The translations under genes were made by a program, and so were the position numbers. The notes beneath the pieces are model-generated. The model searched no databases. It worked only from the letters and a program-made list of their open reading frames with translations, and had not been told where the DNA came from. Below, piece by piece: positions 12,050 through 23,808 of a stretch of 33,321 bases of DNA. The DNA comes from Welwitschia mirabilis (taxonomy: Eukaryota), in contig JBOZIK010000001.1 in NCBI GenBank assembly GCA_051453625.1, positions 10,959,041 through 10,992,361 on the forward strand. Reading direction: 5' to 3'. Numbering within the stretch: position 1 is the stretch's first letter; the number at the start of each line of letters is the position of its first letter.

Positions 12050-12308
12050 AATTTGGTTTAGCTTTTATTTTCCTAAAAAGAATAATACCATAGTACACCT
12101 TTTACACAACTAGTTAAACCTCTTATTGATTAGGTTCTTGTCTTTTAGAAAAATTATAGCTTAGTGGCTTAGTTAAAATCTCTAACTTAACACCTGGGAA
12201 ACTTAGAAGTTATGGATAGAATGTAAAAAATAATTAAGATATCTATCAATTAAATCTTAAATATGATAGAATAACTTGTCTTGTATTTTCCTCCTACCAT
12301 TATCTACA
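12050..12308 (+). pseudogene. Remnant of the integrase C-terminal tail retained in element 2
   Basis: CTTTTACACAAC, TGGCTTAGTTAAAAT, ATGATAGAA.AACTTGTCTTG and CCATTATCTA align in order with 21305-21573 and 31145-31412. Confidence 0.8.
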
Positions 12309-14582
12309 TTATTCCTTAGCTGATTCTTTTGGTGGACATTATGCTATTACTTAAATGTCTTTAACTTAACTAATGTTTTACTTTATGAAATTACCATGAC
12401 TACTGAATCTTTCATTTGGGAGTTCCAAAGTGATAAGATTAAATTTCCCCATTCTTAATACATTTATACGTTTATGAACTTTATTCTAAATGAAGATGTC
12501 TTATTTCTTTTATTCTCTCTTAATGGTATAAGTCTTTAATTATTTAGTTATTCTTTCTTGTTTCTCATTTGATTACTTTATCCTTATCCTTAAGAGTGCT
12601 CAGTCATATGGCATTTATACTTCTATAAAAAAAAGAAAAGAAACGAAATAAATAATAACCATGATATTTTATATCTAAGCTAAAAATGAATCATCATGAT
12701 ATCCTATTACAAGTACACCAAGGCAAATTTTCTCAATAGGGATCTTTAGAAGTGTGATATGATAGCTATGAAAACTTCACTAGAAGGTGGATTAGCCATG
12801 TTATTTGGGTTATTATTCCTCTAATAATGATTGAACTCCCTTCATTATGAAAAACTAATTACCATTTATAAGCTATAGTATTAGTGATGTCCCTAGTATC
12901 ATCAAAGGTATTACTTGTTTTCTAGAGTAATTACGCATATAACATTCTCAAATGATCATTTCACTTTTTTATATTCTAGTGTTGTTTTAGGATGTGAGCA
13001 AGTAAGTCCATTTTTAAGTAATTTTTTATCTTATCATGAGTTGATTAAAAACATTAAATATACTTGACATCATCATAATCATTAACTATTTGAGTTGTAC
13101 TTTATAAAGTTTTTTACATTATTTTATGTATTATTAATTAGGTAATTTTATGATATTTACTTAGAGACTTTATTATGTTAGAATTTTAAGTGAGTAAACA
13201 ATCTTCTAGTTGTCCATTTTCATTATGTTTTCCTTACTTATTTTGTTTGGAATTTCAAAGTCATTTTCATAGTTTTTTAGCATAATAATTAGGTCTTGAT
13301 CATTCAGTAGTTTTTTAATTACTTTTTAATTTTTACTTGCTAGTTTTTATCCATAAAGATTCTATTTTTTCTTTTTTTCCAAGTAATTTATTTAATATTT
13401 TTCCTTTCGTTGATGATTGATGCTATTTCCATTTTTTTCAAAGTTTTACTACATCCACTTGTAAATCTTAAGTGCTTATTGAGGTGGGGAACATTTGAGG
13501 ATTTTTTTAGTATTTCTTTTCTCTTCTTGGTGCATTATCATTTTCCTATTTAATATTTTTTCTATTGTTTTTAAGTTCTTTCCATTTTTGACTCCTTTAC
13601 CATAGTCCTTTTTTATGTTAATTCTTAGCTTTTCCCCATATTTTAGACTTCATGATGACTTTTTGAAGCTTTATTATTGCTATCATTGATTATTTGATTC
13701 TATTCAGACTTTACTATTTTATTAGATCCTCCTTTTTTTTAGTGTCATCCCATGTGTAATGTCTAGATGATGGGATAATGACATAGCTCCTCTTAAGTTA
13801 CTATAATATAGGATGTATTAATTTTTCTATCAAGATATTTGAGCAAAAATTTTATTTATGAGAGGTATTTTGAGCTTCCATGATACATATATGTGATGTA
13901 TTATTCAATGTATAATTTCATATTACTTATATAATTAGCATCATGAATATTATTTAGTAGACCATAGCAGCACAATTATAGAACTTTCTTATAGGTTTAA
14001 TGTAAGATATTCAAGAAGCCATGCACAAGTGAAGTAATATTATGATTATTTTTGAATTTTTCCCTTGTAGATTGCATTTAAAACTAACTAATTTATTTAT
14101 ATACATAATTTTAAGTTATTACTACTTAGTTTATATACATTATTTTGCATAGTTACAGCTCTAATAATGCATATACATCATCATTTTTTGAAGCTATCAT
14201 TTTTATATCTTATAATGATTTTAAGTGTATGATATTTAATTTTATCTTATGATGTGTTAAATGCTTTAAGTAGAGAGCTAAAAAATATTTTGGTACTTTG
14301 ATTTTTTTTATGATCATGTTCACAAATACTTAGTTTTGATTTTGATTTTAAAAGACTATCATTTTAATTATTGTTTAGATAATAGATAGGATGACAGATC
14401 TATTACACATTCTACAAAGATATTATATCAGTTAATTACTTTTTGATATTTGATCCTATATAGTAAAGATTCATAAAGTTAATTTACATTTCACTAGTAC
14501 TATTTATCTTTGTTAAATTGGCTCATAATTTATATTTGATTACTTACTTTATCAATAACTGATAAGGCTAAGTAGAGGGTTA
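12309..14582 (+). repeat. Long 3' non-coding region of element 2, paralogous to 21574-23808 of element 1
   Basis: Colinear matches, e.g. TCTTTAACTTAACT (12358/21624), GGCAAATTTT (12722/21979), AGTGTGATATGATAG (12751/22010). Confidence 0.88.
14570..14579 (+). promoter_or_regulatory. Polypurine tract of element 2
   Basis: AAGTAGAGGG 3 bp upstream of LTR start TGTTGT (14583); Athila-like AAGTGGGGGG decayed. Confidence 0.75.
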
Positions 14583-15752
14583 TGTTGTGATGTCAATTTG
14601 TATGTATTTGATGGAGCATTTTTAGTACCTTTTTAGGACATTTATATAACTTTACATATAATTCTAATGATTATGAAGATTCAATGGGATGATCATGGAA
14701 CACATAATTCTTAGCATATTTGAAATCATTTTAGGCATATTCTGATACTTAGTGTTTTTTGAAGGAAATATTAATGATGAAAAAGGTTGATTTCTCTTAG
14801 CTATAAGCTTTATAAAAATTATTATTCCCTATGTCATCTAGATGGTAGTAAGAATGATAGTGTGTTGATATGGATTCTAGACTACAGGGCTAACTATAGA
14901 TCCAAAAGCTAATGACTCATCTATTATTGCGAGGCATCATCATTAGTATCATCTAGACAATAAGAATAATGATAACTATTTTATATGGACAAATCTAATT
15001 ATCTTTGTAATGGAGTCATGCATCCATCTAGGCTACCAGGATTTATTTTTTGACTTTTAGAATTAAATTCTAGAACCTTTAATATAAAACAATAAATACT
15101 TCCCTTGTTTTTATTTCTAATTCATCTTTTATACCAGTAAGTCTTATGATGGGAGATTGAAGGAGAAGAGATCCATCTTATACTATGGAAAGAAGCCTTT
15201 CTTGGTGTTGGGCTATGTATCCTTTATTACAATGCTCCTACTTTATTTGTAAGTGGATGTTGATTCATGACTAATACAAAGATAACTTTTTTACTTCTAC
15301 TATCTAAACCTCACTTATGGTTTAAGTTGGTTATGATTTTGTGGTAGCTTCATAGTTGATCTAGATCATTACATTTATTTCATATTGCATTTTTAGAATT
15401 GCATATTCTATTTAATGTATTTTATAACTTATATTGGTTAAGGTTAAGCAATACTTTTCCTAATTGACCTAAGTTATAAGAAATGATCTTTGTGATAGGA
15501 AGATTGAGAGTCAAATAGGTTCATCATTCATTGCATTTTTATTTCATCATCAGTCATTCTTGAATTACATTTTCATTATTTCTTATTTCATTTACCTAAA
15601 AGGAAAAAGAATGAAAATACTTTTTTAAAATCAATTCTCTAACTTCTAGCTTAGTGCCTTCAATGGATTACAATTTTTGGGTTGAATTTTGCCTATATAA
15701 GTGTGTGTTTTTTTACAAGAACTTCAAGATTACACAAATTCACACCACAATA
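14583..15752 (+). repeat. 3' LTR of element 2 (~1170 bp, two internal deletions)
   Basis: Starts TGTTGT, ends ACAATA, no PBS follows. Deletions near 15370 (~40 bp) and 15717 (~30 bp) relative to 8640-9876. Confidence 0.9.
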
Positions 15753-16031
15753 TGTTGAATTAATAACTATTGTCATCATTTTTGTCATCCTCATGATAAT
15801 AAAATTTTTCATTACAGTAATAAAATTTTCTAATTTTTGATAGTGTAATAAAAAGTACATCATCCACTCTATCATCTAGATAACTATGTGGATGGCTATT
15901 ACTAGTTTTGCTTTAGCTTATGTTTTCTTTATCGTAGTTTTATCTTTTTGTTTTCTAGAACATATATTTACTAGTTATCTTTTATATCATTTGGATGATG
16001 TACAAGATAATGGTTATTACATTTTATATCT

Positions 16032-19000
16032 ATGTATGTAAGGACATGGTGAATTCTAGTAGAAAGATGAAATATCAGAGAGAGCAGAACATGATTGAGA
16101 AAAACATCATAGAATAGTTACTTAACTTTGAATAAAACATAGGTATGCATGCTTGAGGTACATAAATTCCAATAATTGAAAAAGAATATTTTACTGCTTT
16201 TATTATTTTAGAGTTAAATTTTTCAAAAAAAATTATGAAAATAATAGCATAGAAGTAAATCGTGTCATTTCTCTTTTATATATGTTAAAATCATCATAAA
16301 AATAAAAACAAGTCACTTTGTATAGTACTTTAATTATGATAGCAAATTATACTTTAAATGAAAATACTATTCTTAAAGATTTAATTGATAACAGAGCACG
16401 TGAAATTCAAAATCCTTTTGATTTGTCTTTAGTAATAATGTAGAATTAAGAAATTTAAGTGCATATCCAACATTTTGGAATGAACCTAAAGAGGACCCTT
16501 TTCAACATCTAGCTAGTACTAAACAACTTGTGCTTACATTAAGAAATAGGAAGAAACATATTAGTGATTTTACTTACGTGGTTATCTTTCCTCTCATATT
16601 TTAAGGAAAAGTCAGACTTTGGCTTAGAACCATTTCATACAAAAGTCTTGAATCATGGAGTTAAGTGCAAGAATTTTTTATTAAAAAATTTTTAAGTAAA
16701 AAGGAGGTTACCAACTTTTAACAACAACCTCAAAAAGATTATTCCAAACATATAAGTGATTTATCATAGCTATTCATTCCAATCCTATTGATGAATTTTG
16801 TAAATAAGAATTTGTAGATTATTTTTATAGTGGACTAAATAGTCAAATTAAACAAATTATAGACTTTTCTTATTATGGTAATTTGATAAACTTGACCTTA
16901 GATGATGCATAAAAGTTATTGAAAGATTTAATGAAAATAAGTTAAACTTGGCCAAAATTAGCTTCTAAAGAAAATTTAACTATAGGCCAAATTATAAAAT
17001 ACTTAAAGGAAGTAAAACATGATAAGGACGAAGAGAAATGTGATTTAACTAATATAATTAAGGACTTTACTACCACTTTAGAGAAGTACACTCAAATGAT
17101 AGTTGACACAAAGGTAGTAAAAGAGGGGAACACAACTTCAACATGGGATATATGTGATGACCACTCTTATCTAACTAAAGAATACCTCTTATTACCAACT
17201 TGTAAAGAAAGGATGTTTCAGAGAATGTGTGCATTTAATCAAAGGCCTCCTAACTTTCAAAGCCAATCATAATTTCAACAAACTTTGGGTGAATAATCAA
17301 ATTGGAAATCTTTTTAGAATATATTTAGGAATTCAAACTTCTAATCAAATAACTTCAATTTTTGACTGAGCACTTCAAACCTTTAATTAAATCAAAGTGA
17401 TCCACTTAGAGATTCAATAGAGGAATTGGAAAAGATAAAAGAAAAGACAAATAATAATATTTAAAACTTAGTGAATGTACTTCAATAAACAATTTTAGTC
17501 AATCAATGATTATAAGGATCTCTTGCATCTTAACCTTTACCCATTTCAAAGAAAGTCAAGAAAGATTTAAATGCAGTAACTATAAGTGAAAATGATACAA
17601 CACCTCCTACTTATAAGGTTTCAAATTTCAAAAATAATGAAAAATAATAAAGAATAAGATGAAGTAGAAATTTTGGACACATATAACTTCCCTTTAATCT
17701 CAAATGATAAGCCTATCATGAAAAATTCTTCACAAGAAAATAAAGCAAAGAAACCATCTACTCCTTGGCTTGATAAGTTAAACATGAATCCTACCTATGA
17801 TAAATACTTAAAAGTCTTAATGCAAGAGGTAAACATCAACTTACCTTTTTAAAAACTCTTACAAAAAAATTCTAAATATGTCAAATTGTGGAAAGATCTA
17901 ATTAGAAGAAAATAAAAACATACCATTCCTAATAAGGTCTTCTTTGTTTAATCTATCTCTAATTTAGTCATAAAGAAATGTCTTAAATTTAAAAACCCTA
18001 AGGTAGAAATAGTGAGTGTTACTTTGGAAGAAAATAAGAGAATTAAAAAATCCTTGATTAACATAAGAGCAAGTGTAAACATTATTCCTCTTCACATATG
18101 TAAAAGACTTGGGTTGGAAAATAGACTAAACCCTACATGAATCATCTTAGAATTGGTTAATACTTCAATTAAGAAATTCTTGGGAATTATCAAAGGCTTA
18201 GTTATCCAAATAGAAGAATCCTTTTACCCCATAGATATGGTTATCATTAAAGTAGAACATGATGGAGGTTATCCACTACTCTTAGAAAGAGCCTTTTGTG
18301 CACCTACCCACTATATTATTGACACACAAATCAAAATGATGGAATGTTACATAGGTAAGAATAAGTTCACCATTAGAGTTTTTTATGCTACTAAAAAAGA
18401 AATAAGAGATGAGAGGAATTGAAAAGAGGAACTTAAACCCACCTTATTTTTATAGCATTACCCAATTGAGGAAATATTAATAATGCTATATGAGTCAATA
18501 TTGTGTAATAACCCAACTAAAATACATTGCCTTAAGTACAAGGATGAGGAAGTTTTAAATTGAGAAGAAGTCCAATATGTTTACTCAATAGAAAATATTT
18601 TTAAGAGGTATCATTTACTTTAGTCATCTAGGCAATAATCATTGATAGTAATTTAGTAATAGAACATAAAAATTATAACTTGAAACTAAAAGAGTTATCT
18701 AAAGGTCTGAAATTCATTTTTTTGTTTAATAATCTAAAGAAACCTTAAGTGATAAGTTACCTTCTTATCCCTTAATAAGAATTCAACTTTGTCTCACTTT
18801 TAACTTCTAAGGAAAATTATTTTGCTTAGATCCATAAGGATTTAGCTACCATATTTATTTTCATAATTTAACATAAAATCTACCTTGATGATAATGCTAA
18901 ATCAGTTAGACGACCTCAATAAAGGCTTAATCTAATCCTTAAGTAAGTAGTCAAAGATGAAATTATTAAACTTATGGATGCTGGGATTATCTATGCTATA

Positions 19001-21573
19001 TCTAATAGGAAGTGGATTAACTCCTTAATTGTCATTCTTAAAAAGGGTGAAAAATGGAGAATGTGAATTGACTTTAAAACCTTAATGAGGTCATTAAGAA
19101 AGATCATTGTCTTTTACCCTTTCTTGATCAAGTACTTGATAGAATCTAAGGACATGCCTATTATTTTCTTGATGGGTATAGTGGCTATAATCAAGTTTGC
19201 ATTACTAGTAAGGATCAATCAAAAATAATATTTACCTCTCCCTTTGGAATATTTACCTTTTGAAGAATGACTTTTGGACTTTCCAATGCTCCTAAAACTT
19301 TTTAATGAGTAATGGTAGGTATATTTTCTAATATGATAGAGGAATCTATTGAAATATTTATGGATGACTACTCAATCTTTGGTGAAACTTTTGAATAAAT
19401 CATGAAAATATTAGAGAAAGTCTTATATCAATGTATAAAAAGTGTCCTACATTTAAGTTGCAAAAAAAGTTTCTTTCTTGTTAATAATGGGATTGTTTTA
19501 GGTCACTATGGGACTAATGAAGGAATTAAGATGAACCTTGCAAAAGTTGGTATTCTTAAAAACCTTAACCCTCCAATTAATATTAAACAAGTTAAATCCT
19601 TTTTTAGTTATGCTAGTTTCTATTGTCATTTTATTTAAGATTATGCCAAGGTTTGTAAACCCCTTCACTCATTACTTAAAAAAGAAGCTAAATTTGATCA
19701 GAATAATTCATGTTAACTTTCTTTTAAAATGCTTAAGGATAAAAATTATTCCGATACTATTGTAACATGTCTGGATTGAACAAAATATTTTGGACTTATG
19801 TGTGATGCTAGCATGATTTTTATGGGTGGGATCCTTAGTTAAGAAATACAAAAATGATCTTAAATTCATATCTTATCTTAGTAAAACTTTATCTAAGGCC
19901 TAATCCAACTATACTACCATTAAAAAAAGGAATGCTTGCCATCATCTTTTATCTTTATCATCTTAGATACTATCTTTTTGGCTTTCATACCAATGTTTAC
20001 ATGGATCATTGATCCATATGTTACTTTATGATCAAGAAAGATTCCAGTGCCAGACTCATTAAATGGATCCTTCTCATGTAAGAATTTAATCTTACCATCA
20101 TTGATAAGGCTGAACAACATAATAATATTACAGATCACTTGTCTCAAATCTTTTGTTCTCTTAATAAAATTCCAATTAATGACTTATTTTTAGATTAATA
20201 ACTATTTTCTATTAAACAACTCTATGTCATCTCCTCTACTCATCCTACTCCTTGGTATGCTAACATTCCAAATTATCTTATTATCATGAAAACACCTTAG
20301 CATTGCAACCATAACCAATAAAAATATTTTTCCACAAGATTGGTGATTATGAATGGAATAAATCCCATCTTTACTGTAGATGCAAAGATTAAATCATGCA
20401 TAAATATGTATTTGGAAAAATATAGATATTCTTAACCTTTACCATGATGGGTTCTATGGGTGATACTTTAGTGGCTGAAAGACTACAATGAAAATTCTTC
20501 ACTCTAGTTTCTATTGGCCTATCCTTTTTAAGGATTCTTTTAACTTTGCTAGAAGGTGTAATGCTTGTTAATGTTATGGTATCATAACTTGATTTTAAGA
20601 CATACTCCTTAAACCTATGCTTGAATATAAACCTTTTGACTATTAGAGGATTGACTTTATAGTTCTATCAAACCACCTTCTCATAATAAAAACTACATCT
20701 TAGTGGCTATTGATTTTGTTACCAAGTGGGATGAAGCTATTTGTACTTTCAAAAATAATGCTTGAATGATATATAATTTCATCTAAACTCATATCCTTTA
20801 GTGTTTTGATTTTTCTAGAATCATCATTAGTTATTAAAAAACTTATTTTATGAATTACCTTTTTTAGAAATTTCTTTTATCCATTGGAATTAAACATAGA
20901 ATTACATTTGCTTATCATCCAAAAACAAATGGTCAAGCTAAAAACACTAATAGGGAAATTAATAAGATGCTCCAAAAACTAATCTCTATTAATAAGATAA
21001 ATTGGAATTTTAAAATTAATGATGTTCTTTGGGCTTACCATAGTACTTAGTGAAACTCTCTTAGTTTTCCACCTTACAAACTTGGGTATGAAAAGTTTTG
21101 TGTCTTGTTAGTTGATATTTGATATAACTTCTATAAATCCACTCATCAACTCAAACTTTTAAATTAGATAAAAATTTTAAAACTTAATTAGTCCAACTTA
21201 ATCATTTAGATGAAAAACATACCTATGCTATACATCATTAGCTCATTCATAAAGCCCAAGCCAAGTTCAAACATGATAAAAAGATAATCAATGAGCAATT
21301 TGAACCAGGTCAACTCTTACTTTTATATAATACCTAAGTGCATCTTTTACACAACAAGCTAACCTCTAAATAGTTAGATCCTTGTATTATAAAAAAAGTA
21401 CATCATAATGACTCATTTGAAATCTCCATTCCAAATACTAGGAAAATTCAAAAAGTTAATGGATAAAGGTTGAAAATATATGAATCATCTACAATCAAAC
21501 CTTGAACATGATAGAAGTACTTGTTTTGAAAGCCTCTCTTGATAAGGAGAACTTTCCTTTTGCCATTGTCTAA
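16032..21573 (+). pseudogene. gag-pol: Athila-like gag-pol pseudogene of element 1
   Basis: Gag: YPTFWNEPKEDPFQHL ~16464, FPLIF*GKVRLWL, zinc-finger remnant ~17143. PR: LINIRASVNIIP ~18053. Linker NLKLKELSKGLKFIF. RT: WINSLIVILKKGEKWRM*IDF 19013, FLDGYSGYNQV, EIFMDDYS 19351. RH: LMCDAS ~19795. INT: FYWPILFKDS ~20508, YHPKTNGQ ~20913, KVNG*RLKIYE ~21452, stop TAA 21571-21573. No chromodomain seen. Start inferred from ATG 16032 followed by TGA codons explicable as CGA>TGA. Confidence 0.93.
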
Positions 21574-21763
21574 ATTCTTTCTTAGCCAATTCCTTGGGTA
21601 GACATCATGTTATCACTTAAACATCTTTAACTTAACTTATGTATTACTTTATAAATTTATCATGATTAGTAATATTTTACTTAAGCATTTCAAAGTGATA
21701 ATATTAGATTCACCCATTTGTAAGACATTCATATGTCTATGAACTTCATTTAAAAAAAAAAAA

Positions 21764-21958
21764 NNNNNNNNNNNNNNNNNNNNNNNNNNNNNNNNNNNNN
21801 NNNNNNNNNNNNNNNNNNNNNNNNNNNNNNNNNNNNNNNNNNNNNNNNNNNNNNNNNNNNNNNNNNNNNNNNNNNNNNNNNNNNNNNNNNNNNNNNNNNN
21901 NNNNNNNNNNNNNNNNNNNNNNNNNNNNNNNNNNNNNNNNNNNNNNNNNNNNNNNNNN
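21764..21958. other. Assembly gap (195 N); other gaps at 4131-4140, 10752-10761 (10 N each) and 31463-31562 (100 N)
   Basis: Runs of N in the sequence. Confidence 1.
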
Positions 21959-23795
21959 GTCCTATCATAAGTGCACTAGGGCAAATTTTCCTAAGACTGA
22001 GCTTTGACAGTGTGATATGATAGTTGTGGGAACTTCATTAAGGAGTGGGTTAGTCATGATTTACTGGTCCTTACTTCTCTAAAATTGGTTTCACTCCCCT
22101 TATCATAGAAATAATTATCACTTAAAGGCTATAGGATCAGTGATGCCCTATTGCCATCATAAGTATTACCTATTTTTTAGACTCATATTGCATATATTAC
22201 TTTAACATAACCATTTTATGTTTTTAGATTCCAGTTTAATTTTTGAGGTGTAAGTAGGTAAGTCAATTTTGACTAGCTTTTGATCTTATCATTCATTGAT
22301 TATAAACATTTAGATTTTCTTGGAATCATCGTAATCATTGCCTATTCGAGTGGTACTTTATGAGTTTTTACCTAATATCATTCATCATTAATTAGGTGAT
22401 TTTATGATTTTTACCTAGGGAGTTTGTTAGGTTAGAATTTTGAATAGGTAAACAATATTATTTATGTTCTTAGTTATTCATTTTTATTTTATCTTTATTA
22501 GTTATTTTATTAGGTTTTTCAAATTCATTTCCATACTTTTTAAGCATAATATTTTTGATTTAATCATTTAGTAGTTCCTTGTTATTTTTTTTATTTTACT
22601 CAAGGTTTTTATCCATAAGGGTTAGTCCTCTCTAATCACTATTTGACAGATGATGATAATACTTTCTATTTTCATTCCTTTTTAAGTTTTAACATGCTTC
22701 TTTTACATAGTTCAAGCATATTTAAAGATTTTCGTAAGCATCACTTCTTTCCATTTGGTTCATTATCATGATCCTATCATTTTCTCTTACTTTGAGTGCC
22801 CTTCCATATTTGAGTCCTTTCCCTTGATCATCTTTTAGGACAAATCTTTAGTTTTATCTATCTTTCAAACTTTCTAATGACTTTTTGAGACTTTACTATT
22901 ATTATCTTTAATTATCTGATCCTACTTGGTATTTATTATTTCTCCAAAACTTTCTTTTTTGAGTTTTCTCCCATCTCTGACATCTAGATAATAAGGCAGA
23001 TGATAACAGTCTTTCCTATACTATTATAATACAAGACATATTAGTTCACTTATGAAGGGTAGGACATCTTTCTAAAATATTTTTTAGATACTAAGAAAAA
23101 TTTTTAAATTTAAGGATTATTTTTGGATTTTTCATAAGACATATTTGTAATGCGATTATCAAGTTATGATTCCATATTACTTATGTACTTTACATCACAG
23201 ACATTATTTAGTAGGTCATAGTAGCATAATTGTAGAACCTTCTTGTAGGTGTAATCTAGGAGATTAAAAAGATCATGGACAAGGGGATTAATGTTTTAGT
23301 TATTTTTTGAATTTGCCCCTTGTATATTATCCTTTAAACTCATTAATTGATTTATACACTCCTTTTAAGTTATTACTACTTTAATTATGCATATAAATCA
23401 TCATTTTTCTAAATTATCATTTTATGTTTTATGATAATTTTTGTATATGATATTTATTTTTTTATCTTATGATGTATTAAAAGTTTCAAGTGGAGGGATA
23501 ACAAAGATTTAGTACATTGGATTTTTTTTCCCCTGATGGTTATGTTTATAGACACTTAACTTTTATTTTGATTTGTTAAGTATGTTGGCCATACAGTCAT
23601 CTAGATGATGGTTAGAATAATAGCATTTTTACACATCTTACATAAGTAATACATAAACTCATTAGTTGTTGATATTTAATCCTACATGATATAGATTTCT
23701 AAACTTAGTTTCCATTTTTCTAGTTACTATTTATCTTATCCAATTTAGCTCATAGATATAGTTGATTGCTTACTTTGTCAAGGACTAACAAAGCT

Positions 23796-23805
23796 AAGTG
23801 GAAAG
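23796..23805 (+). promoter_or_regulatory. Polypurine tract of element 1
   Basis: AAGTGGAAAG 3 bp upstream of LTR start TGTTGC (23809); same context as 14570. Confidence 0.75.
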
Positions 23806-23808
23806 CTA

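Larger units (their letters stand above)
8640..15752 (+). mobile_element. Non-autonomous Athila-like LTR element 2 (no PR/RT/RH/INT core), nested in the 5' UTR of element 1
   Basis: LTR pair 8640-9876 and 14583-15752 share subtype sequence (GGA.TCTAGACTA.AGGG). PBS at 9877, PPT at 14570. Flanks GGTAG (8635-8639) and TGTTG (15753-15757) are at best a degenerate 3/5 TSD, but the element 1 5' UTR reads colinearly across the insertion when compared with element 2's own UTR. Confidence 0.85.

Noticed and set aside
18900..20150. RT-RNase H as an endogenous caulimovirid or other virus
   Set aside because: The RT is embedded in gag-PR-RT-RH-INT with LTRs, PBS, PPT and TSD, and no movement or coat protein is seen.
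21485..21573. Possible chromodomain at the integrase C-terminus
   Set aside because: Only a ~30-residue tail (ETLNMIEELVLEAPL...) with no chromodomain motif follows KVNGxRLK.
21750..21968. 72-aa ORF made of X residues
   Set aside because: Artefact of the 195-N gap.
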